NCBI GenBank assembly: GCA_965656495.1
Contig: CBFHKU010000004.1
Coordinates: 75,392 to 139,391, forward strand
Direction of reading: 5' to 3'
Length of the DNA: 64,000 bases
DNA from: Coraliomargaritaceae bacterium
Lineage (GTDB): Bacteria > Verrucomicrobiota > Verrucomicrobiia > Opitutales > Coraliomargaritaceae
Shown here: positions 60,063 to 64,000 of the stretch, in pieces
How the letters are laid out: each line of letters starts with the position of its first letter
Numbering within the stretch: the stretch's first letter is position 1
Notes under the pieces: generated by a model
The model's input: only the letters and a program-made list of their open reading frames with translations
The model's database searches: none
Told to the model about the DNA's origin: nothing
Made by a program: the position numbers and the translations under genes

Positions 60063-61067
60063 GACTTCCCCACGCGCGTGGGGATGAACCGTTGTTTACG
60101 TGGGTTACTCCGGCAGTCAGCTTGACTTCCCCACGCGCGTGGGGATGAACCGACATCCGTCCCTTGACCGATAACGTCTCGGTTGACTTCCCCACGCGCG
60201 TGGGGATGAACCGAACAAAAACGCCTCGCGATCGCAAATTCCGCCGACTTCCCCACGCGCGTGGGGATGAACCGTGTAGGCACCCTGAATGTATTCGCGC
60301 ACTTCGGACTTCCCCACGCGCGTGGGGATGAACCGATGCCCTCCATTGTGAGTTGCCGGGGATCCGTGACTTCCCCACGCGCGTGGGGATGAACCGCCGT
60401 CGTTGACGGAGAACTTGGCGCGGAAGTCGACTTCCCCACGCGCGTGGGGATGAACCGCCCGCGATTATCGTCTGCACGGCAAATGCCTGGACTTCCCCAC
60501 GCGCGTGGGGATGAACCGCCGTGATCTACACCTTCAAAGGCCCGGACCCGGACTTCCCCACGCGCGTGGGGATGAACCGACATCGCACGCATCTTCGGAG
60601 TCCCCGGCCACGACTTCCCCACGCGCGTGGGGATGAACCGGTGGTTTTTAGTTTTTGGGCGTGTGGGTTTTGGACTTCCCCACGCGCGTGGGGATGAACC
60701 GGCCAGCCAAAGAATTAACGAGAGGAGATCGAGGACTTCCCCACGCGCGTGGGGATGAACCGAGTAGCTAGCTCGCCCAACCAACGATCGCTGAGACTTC
60801 CCCACGCGCGTGGGGATGAACCGTCCGGTTCCACTCGGCGAGGATTTTACGGGCCGACTTCCCCACGCGCGTGGGGATGAACCGGCATCCGTCGAGTATA
60901 TCACGGACCACGGCACGACTTCCCCACGCGCGTGGGGATGAACCGACGAATAACCCGCCGCTTGACACCTCCCCCCTGACTTCCCCACGCGCGTGGGGAT
61001 GAACCGGCTTGTGGAGTCGCCCAGTTTTTCTTTACCTGGACTTCCCCACGCGCGTGGGGATGAACCG
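60063..61067 (+). CRISPR. Type I-E array: 17 repeats (GACTTCCCCACGCGCGTGGGGATGAACCG) and 16 spacers of 32 nt
   Basis: Exact 61-bp period from 60063 to 61039. Confidence 0.99.
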
Positions 61068-61857
61068 ACCGGAAGCATTATTATTTGCACGAGCTGTTTG
61101 TCAGGGAGACTCAGGTCGGCGAGACAGGACCAGAACCAGAATTTCCAAGTAAGGGAAGTCCTGCCAAGCCAACCCGAGTCATATATAATGTGCCAAAAGA
61201 GTTTGAGGCGGTCAAACTTAAGAAGCCTTCACAAGACTTCCCCTCACGCGTGAGGATCTTGTTCGTTCCAGGCAGCTTACAACGTTCAACGAACAACTGC
61301 TAACCCCTCCCCATTCATGCCCATTCGTGTCCATTCGTGGTTCCAATCAACAACGTTCAACGAACAACCCCTTTAGTGCCTTCGTTCGAGGTACCCTCCG
61401 TGTCCTTCGTTTCTCCGTGGTAAATCCCCTTTCCGAATCGCGTCTTTCGTGGGTTCGCGGCGTAGAATTCCCTCGCTCGCCGATAGCCTGCCTTCACTTT
61501 TTTAAGGAGGGTATCGTAATCGTAAACCTCCGGGACCGGCTTAGCTGGCGAGGCCTTGCTTTCGGGTTTGTTAGCTTGTGTGGGTTTGTCTGTCATGAAT
61601 CTTGCAGTATTCTGTCTTACTAATGCCAGTTCCACTTCCCCACCCGCGTGGGGATGAACCGGCCGGAAGCATTTTTATTTGCACGAGCTGTTTGCCAGGG
61701 AGACTCAGGTCGGCGAGACAGGACCAGAACCAGAATATCCAAGTAAGGGAAGTCCTGCCAAGCCAACCCGAGTCATGTATAATGTGTCAAAAGAGTTTGA
61801 GGCGGTCAAACTTAAGAAGCCTCCACAAGACTTCCCCACCTGCGTGGGGATTAACCG
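61039..61857 (+). CRISPR. Trailer with two repeat/167-bp/repeat units (repeats at 61039, 61235, 61633, 61829)
   Basis: 61068-61234 and 61662-61828 differ at about 7 positions; each is bounded by intact or degenerate repeats. Confidence 0.9.
61357..61596 (-). CDS. Small hypothetical protein between the duplicated CRISPR units
   Basis: MTDKP...YDYDTLLKKVKAGYRRAREFY; 3' part runs through short repeats. Confidence 0.35.
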   Translation of the reverse strand: MTDKPTQANKPESKASPAKPVPEVYDYDTLLKKVKAGYRRAREFYAANPRKTRFGKGIYHGETKDTEGTSNEGTKGVVR

Positions 61858-61996
61858 GGCCGACCCAAGCCAAGACCAGCGCCTGGTACGGAATTCCGCT
61901 GCCCTGTTGCCTGTTGCCTGCTTCTGGGCGAACCTGCGTCTTAATGATTTATTTGTAGGTCTTTGTGGGTTTTACGTTAAAATCCATTGATAACCC

Positions 61997-62587
61997 TCAG
62001 TACAGAATATCCGGACCGTTAGGATAAATATCAAAATATTCAATTGCTTCCTCACGTGTAGTTAAATCAGAGCAGTCGCGCTGTAATATTGAGAGCCGGC
62101 CTTCATAACCAAGAAGACGCGCGGTGGTTTTAAGGTTTTTCCAAAGGGCCAAATGATGAATCGCAAAACTGTCGCGGAGGGCGTTGACTGGCACGGTTCG
62201 TTCCATTTGTTCCTCAATAAAATGATCTAATTCTCGTAGTGAGCGTGGAAAAATCGGCCCTTGCTCTTTGCGTTCCCACTCGAGCCATCGCCAGAGATTT
62301 TTTGGGGCGCAGTCGATAAGAAACGCGGGGTTTCCATGGTTCAGTGCTTTCGAGATGAAAATAGTACGTGCGGAAAAATCGATATTCTCCCACGACAAGG
62401 GAGTACAATGTTCGCAAACCAATGCCTCTTTTTTAACTCCTCCAAAAAGCATAAGCGCGAGCGCTGCTCCGTAGTCGGTTGAACGCGCTGCTTCCATAAT
62501 GTAATACGCTTCTAACGGGGTAAAAAAAGGAACTTTCAGATTACGGAATGTATGAGCGCCGCTGTCTTTAGGTGGTATTCGTGCCAT
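61997..62587 (-). CDS. Tyrosine recombinase catalytic-domain homolog with substituted active-site residues
   Basis: LMLFGGVKKEAL, LSWENIDF, NALRDSFAIHHL, TARLLGY. Confidence 0.75.
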   Translation of the reverse strand: MARIPPKDSGAHTFRNLKVPFFTPLEAYYIMEAARSTDYGAALALMLFGGVKKEALVCEHCTPLSWENIDFSARTIFISKALNHGNPAFLIDCAPKNLWRWLEWERKEQGPIFPRSLRELDHFIEEQMERTVPVNALRDSFAIHHLALWKNLKTTARLLGYEGRLSILQRDCSDLTTREEAIEYFDIYPNGPDILY

Positions 62588-62652
62588 TGCTACAAGTGTT
62601 GATTTTTATATTACGCCGCCCTTACTGCGTTTCCATTGGGAATTGGATAATT

Positions 62653-62850
62653 TTATTCTTCTAGAGACGCGTGTCGGGCTTTTTTGCGTCGATAACGTGA
62701 GCGGCGGTGAGCCCATCTTTTGCGATCTTCCTCCATTTCATACTTAATTTTTTTCGCGGAATAGAAAAAGTAGTAAATCAGCGGACTCATAAACAGCAGC
62801 AGGAGGAATAGGAATGCATAAGCCAGCATGAGAAAAAAGAAGGCTGTCAT
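62653..62850 (-). CDS. Small membrane protein
   Basis: Hydrophobic N-terminus and basic tail; 4-bp overlap with the upstream ORF. Confidence 0.55.
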   Translation of the reverse strand: MTAFFFLMLAYAFLFLLLLFMSPLIYYFFYSAKKIKYEMEEDRKRWAHRRSRYRRKKARHASLEE

Positions 62851-63137
62851 TGAACGCCCTTTCCTGCGGGTTCCAGCTGATTCGTGCTTTCAGCAATTGA
62901 TTCTCTTTTAATCTCTTCTGAAACATAATGATACATGAAAAACACTGCGACGATTGTGAAAGAAACAATCATTATAATGGTCTTGATCTTCTCGTCCTTT
63001 TCAAAAGATTCCGACATCTCTTGCTCGTAGATGCTTTGGCCCTCTTCAAAGCCATGTAACTCGATATAGTGTTCCAGCAAGGGATCCATTTCCTCAACCG
63101 ACACAATGACCTTATAAGTATCTTTCTTGTCTTTCAT
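62847..63137 (-). CDS. Small membrane protein
   Basis: Acidic N-terminus and one TM helix; ATG at 63137. Confidence 0.55.
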   Translation of the reverse strand: MKDKKDTYKVIVSVEEMDPLLEHYIELHGFEEGQSIYEQEMSESFEKDEKIKTIIMIVSFTIVAVFFMYHYVSEEIKRESIAESTNQLEPAGKGVQ

Positions 63138-63485
63138 TCCTGTCCATTCGTGGTACAGCAAGGGCGTCTAGCAGGGGGGTAAAAGGAGGCGACCCCTAAA
63201 GGAAGGCTGAACAAACACCTGAATCAAGATAGGGGTCGGACCAACCAAAAGGGGTCAATCCCCAGCGTGTAAAAACAAAAACCGATGTCAACTCCGGTAT
63301 TTCGCTTCCGACATCGTACACCGAACGTTCAACATCGAACTCACCACCGAGGCTGTTCTGAGCATCGAACATCCAACATTGAACATCGAACGCTGAACTT
63401 CAACTTTCATACATTCCAACTTTCCCACCTTCCCACCATTAAATCCCACCTTCGATGTTGGAAGTTCGATGTTCGGCGTTCCTCC

Positions 63486-64000
63486 ACCTTCCCACTTTCC
63501 CACCTTCATACTTTCCCACCTCACCTCCTCACCTCCCCATTCGTGGTTCCTGCAACTGATTCACCGCCGAGGCACCGAGTACGCGGAGTGGTTATGGGGT
63601 TGGAAGCTGTTAGTTGAACGTTGGAAGCGTAGAAGCGACACTCTTGTCGCTTTCCTAGCACAAGCCGTACAAGCAAAGCGGCAGGATTGCCGCTTCCACG
63701 TGATAGCGCGCCTTCGTGGTGAACAACTTCCCTGATGAAGATTAAGACTTAGGGTAATCCCAACCTTCCCACTTTCCCACCTTCATACTTTCCCACCTCA
63801 CCTCCTCACCTCCCCATTCGTGGTTCCAAACAATTGATTCACCGCCGAGGCACCGAGTACGCGGAGTGGTTATGGGGTTGGAAGTTGTTAGTTGAACGTT
63901 CGAAGCGTAGAAGCGACACTCCTGTCGCTTTCCTAGCACAAGCCGTACAAGCAAAGCGGCAGGATTGCCGCTTCCACGTGATAGCGCGCCTTCGTGGTGA
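63486..64000. repeat. ~237-bp direct repeat (63486-63722 and 63763-64000) with REP-like hairpins
   Basis: Near-identical copies holding agcgaca-ctc[tc]-tgtcgct and aagcggca-ggat-tgccgctt; preceded by aacatcg heptamers (63320-63480). Confidence 0.92.

Noticed and set aside
60092..61038. Self-targeting by main-array spacers
   Set aside because: No match noticed in this window by eye; this was not exhaustive and needs an alignment.
60032..61090. 352-aa and other ORFs over the array
   Set aside because: These are translations of CRISPR repeats (periodic GSSPRAWGS / [10 protein letters not shown]), not genes.
61891..61920. Additional terminal CRISPR repeat after the last ~32-nt spacer
   Set aside because: Only gaattcc resembles the repeat start; too degenerate to support.
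63285..63954. ORFs in the terminal repeat region
   Set aside because: Low-complexity translations of heptamer and REP-like repeats.

Overview
Bacterial chromosomal window, probably Verrucomicrobiota (Opitutales/Puniceicoccaceae-like). This is inferred from gene content and a PEP-CTERM-type protein, not from a marker search. Bases 1-51,000 are mostly housekeeping: alaS, smpB, rpoZ, malQ, asd, gatCAB, lepA/lepB, a glpF-glpK-porin-glpD cluster, fabD, cysE, pheST, rsfS/nadD, cysI/cysJ, phoA, msrB, dnaX with SRP RNA, sufS/sufU, maf, nadE and hemL. Bases 51,377-61,900 hold a type I-E CRISPR-Cas locus (cas3, cas8e, cas11, cas6e, cas7, cas5, cas1, cas2) and a 17-repeat array. The most notable signal is in the 287-bp cas3-cas8e gap. 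There, a minus-strand mini-CRISPR (pseudo-repeat, 20-nt spacer, pseudo-repeat) matches an AAG-flanked site about 70 bp away. That site lies upstream of a 72-nt non-canonical (8/4) tRNA-like cloverleaf sitting just before cas8e. This is a candidate CreTA/CreR-like module with a tRNA-mimic cargo. Other oddities: a duplicated 167-bp 'giant spacer' between CRISPR repeats, a catalytically degenerate tyrosine recombinase, an A10 frameshift site in dnaX, duplicated 5' ends of alaS and lepA beside accessory genes, a glpD lacking a canonical start, and a 164-bp element with 26-bp perfect inverted ends. All calls were made by eye from the sequence and ORF track; no searches were run.
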